A DNA stretch of 64,000 bases from the NCBI GenBank assembly GCA_038087875.1, contig JAXLNO010000064.1:1-64000 (forward strand). The letters run 5' to 3'. The position numbers and the translations under genes are program-made. Positions 12,211 through 22,922 of the stretch are shown here, one piece after another. Below the pieces are notes generated by a model, which was given only the letters and a program-made list of their open reading frames with translations, did no database searches and was not told the origin of the DNA. This stretch comes from Malacoraja senta (taxonomy: Eukaryota). Positions within the stretch are counted from its first letter, which is position 1, and the number at the start of each line of letters is the position of its first letter.

Positions 12211-13045
12211 GTAAGTGAGTAAGTAAATTATATTTATATAGCACGTTTAAATCAACTCGCGTTGAAACCAAAGTGCTTAACATAGAAGAAATAATTACGT
12301 TTCCGTACATCGATAGAAAAATTAAAAAAAATAAAAATGACATAACACATTATAGAATTCAACATGAACGCCCCCCGTCAACAGAATCAAAATTTTCCAC
12401 TGTGGGTAAAGGCAACAGAAAGTTGTCCTCTTCCTCTGTGAAACACCCGAGATCGGGGCCTATTTGTGGCCTCCGCAGCCAGTCCGATGTTTTCAGGCCC
12501 TCTTTGCCGGGAAGATGGAACTCTGGCGTCGGGTGAACACTCCTCAGCGGATTGGAATGTCTGGAGCAGCCGCTTCCTCCCCGGAGACCGTGGCTCCCGA
12601 AGTCCTCAGGCCGCGCTGGTTGGAGCTCCGACGCTGGCGATCTCAGATCCCAGGCTCCGCGTTGTTTTAAATCCAGCCCCGCGGCTGGACGCCCCGCAGA
12701 AACAGCTCCTCGGATGTTGGAGTCGCCGGTCACCGCACTCCGGAGCCTACCGCACGGCGACCCGGTAAGGCATCGCCCGCTCCGTGATGGTGTCCCAGCG
12801 CTGTGCCGCCGTCGAAGCTGTAGTCCCAAGCCGGTCCCGACAGGAAACGCCGCTCCAGTCCGATGGTAGGCCACGAGGAAGGGGCGAAGAAGCAGCTCGG
12901 AGTGAAGCCGCCTCTCCGACCAGGTAGGGACTAGGAAATAAAGTTTCCCCCTTCCCCTCCCCCCACCCACCACATAAAAGAAGACCTCCAACAAACATTT
13001 TGTTTTTAACAGGACTAAAAGTAAAAATAAATAAGGGTGAAAGGA
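12211..13045 (-). mobile_element. GC-rich non-autonomous retroelement with L2-type 3' tail
   Basis: 8-bp TSD CGGTGTAA at 12203-12210 and 13046-13053. The minus strand ends AGCACTTTGG...AAACGTGCTATATAAAT followed by (TTAC)n. Confidence 0.75.
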
Positions 13046-13284
13046 CGGTGTAAACCAGCATCTGCGGTTCCTTCCTACACATTTCCACAATAATAATCTG
13101 CCTACAGTCTCTGCCTGAGCTACGGTTACCAGCACTATCCAGAGAAAGGACATACAAGGGCTCTCACCCCAACTGCAGATGGATCACCATATCATACACA
13201 ACAGAGGTCATTCTGCCCATTGAACATCTGTCATCCCTTTGAAAATTGACTCACCTTCACCATAACTGTACGAACTTCAAGGGC

Positions 13285-13558
13285 GTCTGCAGGAGGAGCC
13301 TCCGGGACACAGAGGTGGTCTGGGGCGAGGAGAGAGACGTCGGTTCGCGGGCCGAGACGGTCGTGGGCGACGGAGTTGGCCCCCCTGCGGGATGGGGCTT
13401 AACTGGATCGGGGGCCATTGCAATACATCGAGCTTGTGGACCGGACTTTGGTCTTTTAGATATGGCGTCAAAGTATGGCGACTCGTGCATGTGTGAGCTT
13501 TGCAAAAATAATTTCACTTTGTGGCGCATACGTGACAATAAAGAACCATTGAACCATT
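13285..13558 (+). mobile_element. Short GC-rich retroposon with GTGACAATAAA tail
   Basis: ATGGCGTCAAAGTATGGCGACTC motif and tail CGTGACAATAAAGAACCATTGAACCATT. A similar element lies on the minus strand at about 44337-44680. Confidence 0.55.
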
Positions 13559-13779
13559 TTCCCTGAAGAAGGTCTGAAGAAGGATCCCGACCTGAAGCAT
13601 CACCTATCCATGTTCTTCAGCGATACTACCTGACCCGCTGAGCACTCCAGCTCTTTGTGTTCTTCTTTGTAAACTAGTATCGGCAGTTCCTCGTGTCTCG
13701 AGCAATTTATCTTGATGTATTTATTCAATAATGTCTCCTTACTCTCAATTTCTTTGTCTCCGTAACATCCGCTCCCAAG

Positions 13780-15010
13780 ATGAGCCCTTTTCACTCCAAG
13801 ACATCCAAGATGTCCTCTTCCTTCAGTAGACATGGCTTCCATCTGCTGTGTCCCCTCTGTATCCCACAGTTCTGCTCTTGCTCCTCCCTCCTCCCAGACG
13901 GAACAAGGATAGGGTTCCCCCATGTCCTCACCTTTCACCCCTCCAGCTTCTGCATCCAACCCGTTATCCTCTGTCATTTCTGCCGCCTACAACGCGATCC
14001 CACGACCAATAATATTTTCCCCCCCAACCCTTTCAATTTCCCGCAGGGGACAATTCCTTCCGCACCTCTCTGGTTCACTCATCCCTTTCCACCCAAACTA
14101 TCCCCTCCCCAGGAACTTTCCCCCTGCAACCGCAGGAGAAGCAGCACCTGCTCATATCCCACCCCTCTCGACTCCATCCAGGGTCCCCGACAGTCCTTTT
14201 AAACAAGGTCGAGGTTCACCTGCACCCAGTCCAACCTCATCTACTGTATCCATTGTTCTCTGTATATCGGCAAGACCAAGCGCAGACTGGGCGATCATTT
14301 CGCTGAGCACTTACGCTCAGTCTGCCTTGGCCTACACGATCGCCTGGCTGACAAACAGTTTAAGTCCCCTTCCCATTCCCACACTGACCTTCCTGTCCTG
14401 GGCCACCTCCACTGTCAGAGTGAGGCCGAACGCAAATTGGAGGAACAGCGCCTCATATTTCGCTTGGGCAGCTTACAGCCCATTGTCTCGTTTGTTTTAA
14501 TCAAACATTTTATTTGGCTTTCCAATTCCTGGTGATTTCATGGGTGAGTTCACCAGCTAGCACAATGTATTTGGCCAATATTCTCTCTTCACCGTGACTG
14601 AGGAGTGATTTGGAAAGCACCTCTGCAGTCCACAAAAGGAAATTAAGTATGCATATCTGGTATGAACATTTGATTTCTCTAAATTTCAAGTAACTCCCTC
14701 CCTCCTCCCCCACCCTAGTCTTCCTACTAGTTCACTGACTGCATCCTTGTATAAGTTCGTTGTCCCCTCTTCCCCAGCCAACAATGGACCATTGTGGGCT
14801 CCACCCTTCCTTGGTCATCTGTTGCCAGTCCTGCCTTGTTCTTCCTTTCCTTACCTCCAGTTCCTCCCCTAAACATTCAGTCTGAAGAAGGGTCCCGACC
14901 TGCAACATCACCCACCCTTTTTCTCCAGATATGCTGCCTGAACGGCTGAGTTACTCCAGCACCCTGTGCCTATTTTGGATATAAACCGGCACCTGCATTT
15001 CCTTTCTACA
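13780..15010 (+). mobile_element. Penelope-like element fragment (linker, GIY-YIG and pLTR)
   Basis: VLTFHPSS..LQRDPTT..SPCNRRRSSTC..DSIQGPRQSF, YIGKTKRRLGDHFAEHL and EEQRLIFRLGSLQP. Confidence 0.85.
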
Positions 15011-15127
15011 CACTTTATTTTCTTATGTTGCATCTCGTTTTCTTGCCATGCCCTTAAACCACAAGTCTTGGGTTGGAATCCATGTTAAAACCGCACCATA
15101 TTCAACAGGTGACCCTCTGAAACCCAC

Positions 15128-15340
15128 TGAGTTGTTGGGTTCAAGTTTTAATCTAGATGCATGGGTATAAACATCAGACTAACACTCCAGTTCTGTCCTA
15201 AAGGAACACTGTACTGTTGAATGTGTAATTTTCAGGGGGAAATTGGGATGAGAAATTAAATATCTACTCTCTTGGGTGGAAGTTAATGGTCCCATTGGGA
15301 TATTTTGTGGGACAGTTATGCTGACCTAGTTTCACCCTTT
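15128..15340 (+). mobile_element. Highly diverged DeuSINE-like (SacSINE1-type) copy
   Basis: GGGTTCAAG, ACTAACACTCCAG, ACTGTACTGTTG, GATGAGAAATTAAA and GGTGGAAGTTAATGGTCCCAT occur in the order of the Deu-SINE head and core as recalled. Confidence 0.5.
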
Positions 15341-15465
15341 TACCAACAGTGGTCACTTTTATGTTCCAAATATAAATGATATTCAGAGCACTAAAAAATA
15401 TAATTTAAAAAATATATACCAAAAACACTTCCGGCATCTTGGTGCTTATACATTCATTTATGTTA

Positions 15466-15995
15466 TTTAGTTTAGTTAGTTTAATTTTGAGATACAGCGT
15501 GGAAACAGGCCCTTTGCCCACCGAGTCTGCGACCCCTGCAAATTAACACTATCCTGCACACATTTGGGCCAATTTACTTAAATACCAAGCCAATGAACCT
15601 ACAAATCTGCACGTTTGGAGTGTGGGAGGAAACCGAAGATCTCGGAGAAAACCCACGCGGTCACGGGGAGAACGTACAAACTCCATACAGATAGCAGACG
15701 TAGTCAGGATGGAACCTGGCGGCATGGTGCCGCAGTGGTAGAGTTGCTGCCGTACAGCACCAGACACCCGGATTCGATCTGGCTAGGGGCGCTGTCTGTA
15801 CGGAGTTTGTACGATCTCCCTGTGCCTGCGTGGATTTTCTCCGGGGTGCTCCGGTTTCCTCCCACACTCCAACGTCGTACAGGTTTGTGGGTGAATTGGC
15901 TTTGGTTAAAAAAATTGTAACTTGTCCCTAGTGTGTGTAGAATAGCGCTAATGCACGAGGATTGTTGGTCGATGGGCCAAAGTACTGTTTCTCGC
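15466..15995. mobile_element. Two head-to-head HE1-like SINEs
   Basis: A minus copy at about 15466-15718 abuts a plus copy starting GGCGGCATGGTGCCGCAG at about 15718. Confidence 0.8.
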
Positions 15996-16039
15996 TGCTG
16001 AACCCATTCCCAGCCACAAATGGGATGTGGGTTTTGTTA

Positions 16040-16527
16040 ACAAGGTCTCGGTATACTATATTCCCCAACTGACATATGATGAAAGAATGGATCGACTGGG
16101 CTTATATTCGCTGGAATTTAGAAGGATGAGAGGGAATCTTATAGAAACATATAAAGTTCTTAAGTGATTGGACAGGCTAGATGCAGGAAAATGTTCCCGA
16201 TCTTGGGGGAGTCCAGAATCAGGGGGTCACGGTTTAGGAATAAGGGGTAGACCATTTAGGACTGAGATACGGAAAAACTTTCTCACCCAGAGAGTTGTGA
16301 TTCTGTGGAATTCTCTGCCACAGAAGGCATTGGAGGCCAATTAACTGGATGTTTTCAAGAGAGAGTAGCTCTTAGGGCTAAAGGAATCAAGGGATATGGG
16401 GAGAAAGCAGGAATGGGGGTACTGATTTTGGATGATCAGCTATGATCATATTGAATGGCGGTGCTGGCTCGAAGGCTGAAGGCTGAATGCCTACTCCTGC
16501 AGCTATTTTCTATGTTTCTATGTTTCT
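16040..16527 (+). mobile_element. CR1-clade LINE 3' fragment
   Basis: YDERMDRLGLYSLEFRRMRGNLIETYKV and an (ATGTTTCT)n tail. Confidence 0.9.
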
Positions 16528-16627
16528 ACAGTATGTACTCGATCTAAACGGTTTGTTGAGCCATGCCAGAGGGCAATTATGCTGCCATGTCCGGTGTCAG
16601 TGTCACGTAAACTGTACAATGTTAGTG

Positions 16628-16953
16628 TGGCACAGTGGTGCAGCTGATAGAGCTGCTGCCTCACAGCGCCAGAGACCAAGGGTCAAATATTGACCTAGGC
16701 TGCTGTCTGTCTGGAGTTTGCATGTTCTCCCTGTGACCACGTGGGTTTCCTCCGTGTCCTCTGGTTTCCTCCCACACCTCAAAGACGAGCGGGTATGTAG
16801 GTTAATCAGCCTCTGCAAATTGCCCCTAGTGTGTAGGGAGTGGTGAAGAAAGTGGGGTAACTAGCACTAGTATGAATGGGTGATCGTAGGTCGGCATGGA
16901 CTCGGTGGACCGAAGGGCCTGTTTCAATGTTGTGTCTTTCAATTAATCAATCA
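16628..16953 (+). mobile_element. HE1-like SINE
   Basis: tRNA-like head, V-core and GGACCGAAGGGCCTGTTTC tail. Confidence 0.8.
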
Positions 16954-17569
16954 AACTTCCTTTCCTTAAGATCATTGACGTTTAAACGGGGAAATTAGCT
17001 CAATGTGACTAAAATTGGCTCTTGTTGTAACCAAAAATCAGGATGCAACCTAATCTAATTATGCCCTGAGATAGACACAGATGCTGGAGTAACTGAGAGG
17101 CGGGTCAGCAGCATCTCTGGAGATAAAGGATGGGTTTCATTTTGGATCAGGACACCTTCTTCAGACGGAAGGTCTGTCAAATGCTGAAGAATTTCTTCAG
17201 TCTGAAGAAGGGTCCGATCCGAAACGTCACCCATCCTTTTTCTCCAGAGACTGCTGCCTGACCCGCTGAGTTACTCCAGCACCCCGTGCCTATCTTTGGT
17301 ATAAACCAGCATCTGCCGTTCCTTGTTCCTAATGTCGTCGTTAATGTGGCATGTCACTAAGACGTAAGTCGTGTCTAATTTTATAGCATCATATCTCATT
17401 TCTGAAGAAGGGTCCCGACCTGAAACGTCACCCATTCCTTCTCTCCGGAGATGCTGCCTGTGTTACTCCAGCTTTTTGTGTCTATCTCACTTCTAGTCAG
17501 CCTGAAGAAGTGATAAAGAACAGAAGTTTGATTATCTTGATGGTAGATTAAATGTTGTTTCCTCTGAAC

Positions 17570-18009
17570 CAGGGGTGGGGAACCTTTTCATGTTGGAATG
17601 CCGCATTAAGTTAGCTGTGATCTAATAAGGCCGCATCCAAGAAACTTCAATTAGATGTACTTCACGACATTTATCTTGAAAGTTGTTGAAGAAATCTATT
17701 CCTCGTGTTCTACCCGTAAGAGTGCCCAAAGCGAGTAACTCTTCGTGGCAATAAAAATAGCCCTCATGACTTATTAATGTTTTAATTGTGGCCGTCAGTC
17801 GGGAGGATTATTTCGTTGAATCTTCTTTTACTCTTTGGTATTTAAATACGTTCATTTTAAGATTAAAATTAAAATAATAAAAGACGAACAAAAACATATT
17901 AATAAAAATAAAAGGATTTGTTCTACAAAATTTGGATTCATTCAAAAGGCCGCACTTAATGGCCTAGAAGGCCGCATGTGGCCTAAAGGCCGCAGGTTCC
18001 CCACCCCTG
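17570..18009. mobile_element. hAT (Charlie-like) MITE
   Basis: TIRs CAGGGGTGGGGAACCT / AGGTTCCCCACCCCTG; degenerate 8-bp TSD CTCTGAAC / TTCTAAAC; GGCCGCA subterminal repeats. Confidence 0.85.
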
Positions 18010-18141
18010 TTCTAAACCAAAGTGCTGGTTGCTAAAACAGTTAATGACTCAAAGAGCTGCTGTGCAGTTTGAAAGCTTTTATCGCTTGCTGATCAGTATT
18101 ATTACACCCCTGAATAATAAGTAGCAGAGTGGTACGGAGAG

Positions 18142-18850
18142 GGTGTGGGAAGGAACTGCAGATGCTGGTTTAAACTGAAGATAGGCACAAAAGGCTGGAG
18201 TAACTCAGCGGGACAGGGCAGCATATGGAGAGATGGAATAGGTGACATTTCGGGTCAAGATCCTTCTTCAGGCTGAGAGTCAGGGAAAGGGAGACGAGAG
18301 ATATGGTAGGCGATAGAGATATGGAACAAAAGAATGAAAGATATGCAAAGAAATTACAATGATAAAGAAAAATTGGAGGAACAGAACCTCATATTTCGCC
18401 TGGGCAGTTTACAACCCAGTGGTATGAATAGTGATTTTTTTTTTCTAACTTCAAGTAACCCTTGCATCCCCTCTCTCTCCTTGCATCCCCTCTCTCTCCT
18501 TGCATCCCCTCTCTCTCCTTGCATCCCCTCTCTCTCTTGCATCCCTCTCCCTCCTTCCCTCCCACACCTTAGTTGTTGTAGTAGTTTCACTGTCATCCTG
18601 GTGAATTTCATTGTCTGTAACTCATTTTCACCTACCCCAGTTAACAATCACCCACTTCCTTTATCAACGTTACATTTTTGCATATCTTTCATTCATTTGT
18701 TCTATATCTCTCCGTGTCACCGTCTATATCTCTCATTTCCCTTTCCCCTAACTCTCAGCCTGAAGAAGGGTCTCGACCCAAAACGACACCTATTCCTTTT
18801 CTCCAGAGATGCTGCCTGACCCGCTGAGCTACTCCAGCTTTGAGTGTCTG
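18142..18850. mobile_element. Penelope-like element: inverted pLTR, GIY-YIG C-terminus, forward pLTR
   Basis: Inverted pLTR (18142-18365), then KLEEQNLIFRLGSLQPSGMNSDF, then a forward pLTR with hammerhead-like core near 18760. Confidence 0.8.
18460..18550 (+). repeat. 19-bp minisatellite (CCTTGCATCCCCTCTCTCT), about 4.7 copies
   Basis: Direct tandem copies visible in the Penelope 3' UTR. Confidence 0.9.
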
Positions 18851-21007
18851 CCTTTGGTAGTAGGCGTGGCTAGCAAACGTAAATGCCAGTGGAGATAAAG
18901 CGGGTGCTAAAATCGCTGCTTGGATGGCTGTAGGTGCGTCGTTGTTAGCAGCCAAGGTGTGGAAAGGAAGATGAAATCTGGGCTGTATCCTGTCAGATTT
19001 CCCGAGATCTGTCATCTGCTCTGCAATCTAACACCAGGGGAGCTGGCCAAGTTGAGCAGCTACTGGTGAGAGGGAGTTAATTTTTGCATGATTATCTTTT
19101 ATCTGCTGCTGTGCAGAACTTGCAGTACACAGACCAAGGGAAGGACTTGCTCATTGCGATATGCCACATTCCATTAATTACAGTATTGCGTGAACCTGCA
19201 TAACTATGAACGAGTTTTCATTCCTTCAATGTCATGCATGTCCCCAGGATGTCCTCTCCGTCAAATAATTATTTGTGAAGTATTGCTTTTAACCTTGTTA
19301 CCTCGACAATCACATGTATGCTACTGTCCCATGACCAACTATCTCCGGTGTGTCTCTTGGTTGAGTACGACTGGAAATTTGGCTTGGGCTCCGTGAAGAT
19401 TCGCTCAGCAGGTCAGGCAGATTCTGCCGAAAATTAAATAGTTAGCATTTCATCTCCGGGGACCCTCGCCAGGAAGACCCAAGGAACTGCATGCAAATGG
19501 TGGTTTACAAAAAAAAAAAGAGACAAAGTGATGGAGTAACTCAACAAGTCAGGCAGTGTCTGTGGAGAACATGGACAAGCAACATTTCGGGTCGGGATCC
19601 TTCTCCAGACTGGTTATGGTAGGGGAGAGAACTTTTGGAGAGAGGTCAAAACCAAGTGAATCTGAAGAAGGGTTCCGACCTGAAACGTCACCAGAAATGC
19701 TGCCTGACCCGCTGAGTAACACCAGCATTTTGTGTCTCTCCTTGCGAGTGATGGGTGGATACAGGCGTTGGTTTTTTTTGGTCGGTCAATGGTTGGACAA
19801 AGGCCAGAGATGAAAAGACAAAGAACGCGAGATAAGGAGAAATTACGCTCAGCTGTATCCACCTGTCACTCACAGGACTTTGTCCTGCCCATATTTATCT
19901 ATCAATTCCCCCCACCCCCCCCAAACTATAATCAGTCTGAAGAATGGTCCCAACCCAAAATATCACCTATCCATGTCCTCCAGAGATGCTGCCTGACCCG
20001 CAGAGTTACTCCAGCTCTTCACCAGGGAGAAGGATTGCGTCGGGGTAACCTGATGAACCATAGATCAGTCCAGCCGGGGTAGAGGCTCCTCGGCTCACCG
20101 TGTCTCTGGCCATCATGATGCCAAATTAAATGAACCACGTCTGCCTGTACATGTCCATCCATTCTCTGCATGTTCATGTGCCTATCTAAATGTCCCTTAA
20201 ACGTGACTATTATGTCTGCTGCCACCACCTCCCCTGGCAACATGTTCTGAGCGCCCACCACTCTGTATAAAAAAAATCTCATAAAACACTCTTAAACTTT
20301 CCTCCCCTCAACTTAAAGCTATACCCTCTGGTATTTAATATTCCCATCCTGTGAAACAGAGTATTTGCCCTCTATGTCTCTATGAGCTGGTAGTCGAGGC
20401 AGGCACTATCGCAACGTTTAAGAAGCATTTAAACAAGTATATGGAGGATAGGTTTGGAGGGATATGGGCCAAATGCAGGCAGGTGGGACAAGTGTAGATT
20501 GGTCATGTTGGTCGACATGTGCAAGTTGGGCCAAAGCTGTATGCCTCTATGACTCTCATAACTTTATATACTTCTTTCAAGTCACCTGTCAACTTCTGAT
20601 GCTCTAGTGAAAACAATCCAAGTTTGTCCAGTCTCTCCTATTAGTTAATACCCTCTATTAAGACAACATAGTGAACCTAAGATAAACTCAAAAAGCTGGA
20701 GTAACTCAGCGGGACAGGCAGCATCCCTGGAGTGAAGGGATGGGTGACGGTTTGGGTCGAGACCCATCTTCAGGAACGTCACCCATTCCTTCTCTCCAGA
20801 GATGCTGCCTGTCCCGCTGAGTTTTGTATCTATCTTCGGTTTAAACCAGCATCTGCAGTTCCTTCCTACACATAAAGGGGAACCTCTTTTGTAACCTCTC
20901 CAAAGCCTCCACATTCTTCCAGTCTGGCAGAACTGCACGCAGGACTCTGACTGTGGAGTAACCACAGTTAACTGTTCAGGTCCAAGACCCATTGTGTTAG
21001 GTGCAGG

Positions 21008-21467
21008 CCCATTCCCACACTGACCTTTCTGTCCTGGGCCAGCTCCATTGTCAGAGTGAGGCCCAGTGCAAATTGGAGGAACAGCACCTCATATTTCACT
21101 TGGGCAGCTCACACCCCAACGGTATGAACATTGACTTCTCTAACTTCAAGTAGCCCTTGCTTTCCCTCTCCCTCCATCCCCTTCCTTCCCAGTTCTCCCA
21201 CCAGTCTTACTGTCTCCAACCACATTTTATCTGTTTGCTTTGTTGTTACCTACTACCAGCTAACATTGATCTATTCTACATTTTCGTTGATCTCCATTCT
21301 CTTTGTTCTGTTTTCACAGCTTACACTTCCTTATCTATGTATCTCCTTCTCCCCTGACATCAGTCCGAAGAAGGGTTTTGACCCGAAATGTCACCCTGTC
21401 CTGCTGAGTTACTCCAGCATTTTGTGTCTATCTTCGGTTTAAACCAGCATCTGCAGTTCCTTCCTAC
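21008..21467 (+). mobile_element. Penelope-like 3' fragment
   Basis: HSHTDLSVLG..KLEEQHLIFHLGSSHPNGMNIDFSNFK followed by a pLTR. Confidence 0.85.
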
Positions 21468-21732
21468 TGATTAAGTAATGTTGTTTTGTTGCTGTTTAGT
21501 ATAAATTCCATCCTCTGGTGCCGCAGTGAATGTGTTGAGGGTGATGTGGGAACTCATTCAACATTGGCACATTAGCACAGCTGCAGCTTCACAGTGCTGT
21601 CTGTGTGGAGTTTGCACATTCTCCCTGTAACCACATGGATTTCCTCCGGGAGCTCGGTTTTCCTCCCACATCCCAAGAACGTGCCGGTTAATTGGCTGCT
21701 ATAAATTGCCTGGAGTGTGCTGATGAAATGTG

Positions 21733-21932
21733 NNNNNNNNNNNNNNNNNNNNNNNNNNNNNNNNNNNNNNNNNNNNNNNNNNNNNNNNNNNNNNNNNNNN
21801 NNNNNNNNNNNNNNNNNNNNNNNNNNNNNNNNNNNNNNNNNNNNNNNNNNNNNNNNNNNNNNNNNNNNNNNNNNNNNNNNNNNNNNNNNNNNNNNNNNNN
21901 NNNNNNNNNNNNNNNNNNNNNNNNNNNNNNNN
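21733..21932. other. Assembly gap (200 N)
   Basis: Run of N. Confidence 1.
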
Positions 21933-22618
21933 AAGAGACAAACACACTGGGAAGGAATTGGAGTTACTTTCACATTGGCTGTCACCTCCCTTGGCTGCAT
22001 TTGACACTGGGATGATGTGTTTCCCATGTAGCAGGTTGAGGCACAGTTGGACTCCCCCGACTCAGTGTGAAAGTCTGGCTTTCTATTAACTATTTAGTAA
22101 TGGGAGGTCACAGAGGCACGAAATAAAATATAAACAATGAGAGGTTGCTGTCGGTTGTTTAATTGGACAATCACACAATACACTTGCATGAGGCTCCCCT
22201 CCCCTCCCCGCTAGTTAAGTGAATCCATTGGAAATGAACATGCTGTTGCCTGTCTTGAAAGCCCAGACAGGATGTCAGGGCTGTGATGTAGGTGGTGCAT
22301 GTATTTCATTCTGCCTCTGATCCCAAGCCCCGCCGAGCCAACATCTTTGGGTAAACTAGTGAAAACACGAGTGAGAAATAGGTGCCAGAACTGCTTCTAA
22401 TAGTGGAGTTGATGCGGGGCAGACTGTTGTCACGTTCCCAGTGCCAGGCAGTGAGCTGCCAAGATGCAAAGCTCTGCCGGTGTTGCTGTGGGTGTTACAT
22501 TGCCTTCCCTGGTTAGGAACAGCACCTCATATTTCGCTTGGGCAGCTTCCAACCCAGCAGTAGGAACATCGACTTCTCTGACTTCATAACCCTCTCTCTC
22601 CATCCCTCCCCCACCCTA

Positions 22619-22922
22619 TTTACTTACTTACTGCCTATTATGCCTCCTGGCATGTAGGGCAGCAAATAAGGTCCTCCACTCAGTAGTGTTGATTCCTTCA
22701 GTTGCTGTTTCTGTAACATATTTGTTTTACAAGACAGGGTTGTTAGCCCTGTGCTCAACCCCCAACCTGGAGGACCAGTGGATCGCTCTTCATCTCGCCT
22801 CTACCCTTCGACCTGTCCAGCATGGGAGACCCTAACAGGAGACGAATCTCCCGCTGGCATAGCTCTAGGGGTCACTGAGACACACAAGCTCCCCGACCAT
22901 GACAAGGTTGCAATCCAACCCA
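22619..22922 (-). mobile_element. Bipartite non-autonomous RTE-clade derivative (5' UTR fused to 3' end)
   Basis: 12-bp TSD TCCCCCACCCTA at 22607-22618 and 22923-22934. RTE-like leader (ACCTTGTCATGGT...GACCCCTAGAGCTATGCC...GGGCTAACAACCC) and RTE-like end (GCTGCCCTACATGCC...(TAAG)n). Confidence 0.7.

Noticed and set aside
12359..13153. 264-aa ORF and overlapping ORFs
   Set aside because: GC-rich repeat with few stops; the ORF crosses the TSD boundary and has no domain.
21572..22089. ORFs spanning N runs (also 49072-49698)
   Set aside because: Artefacts of assembly gaps.
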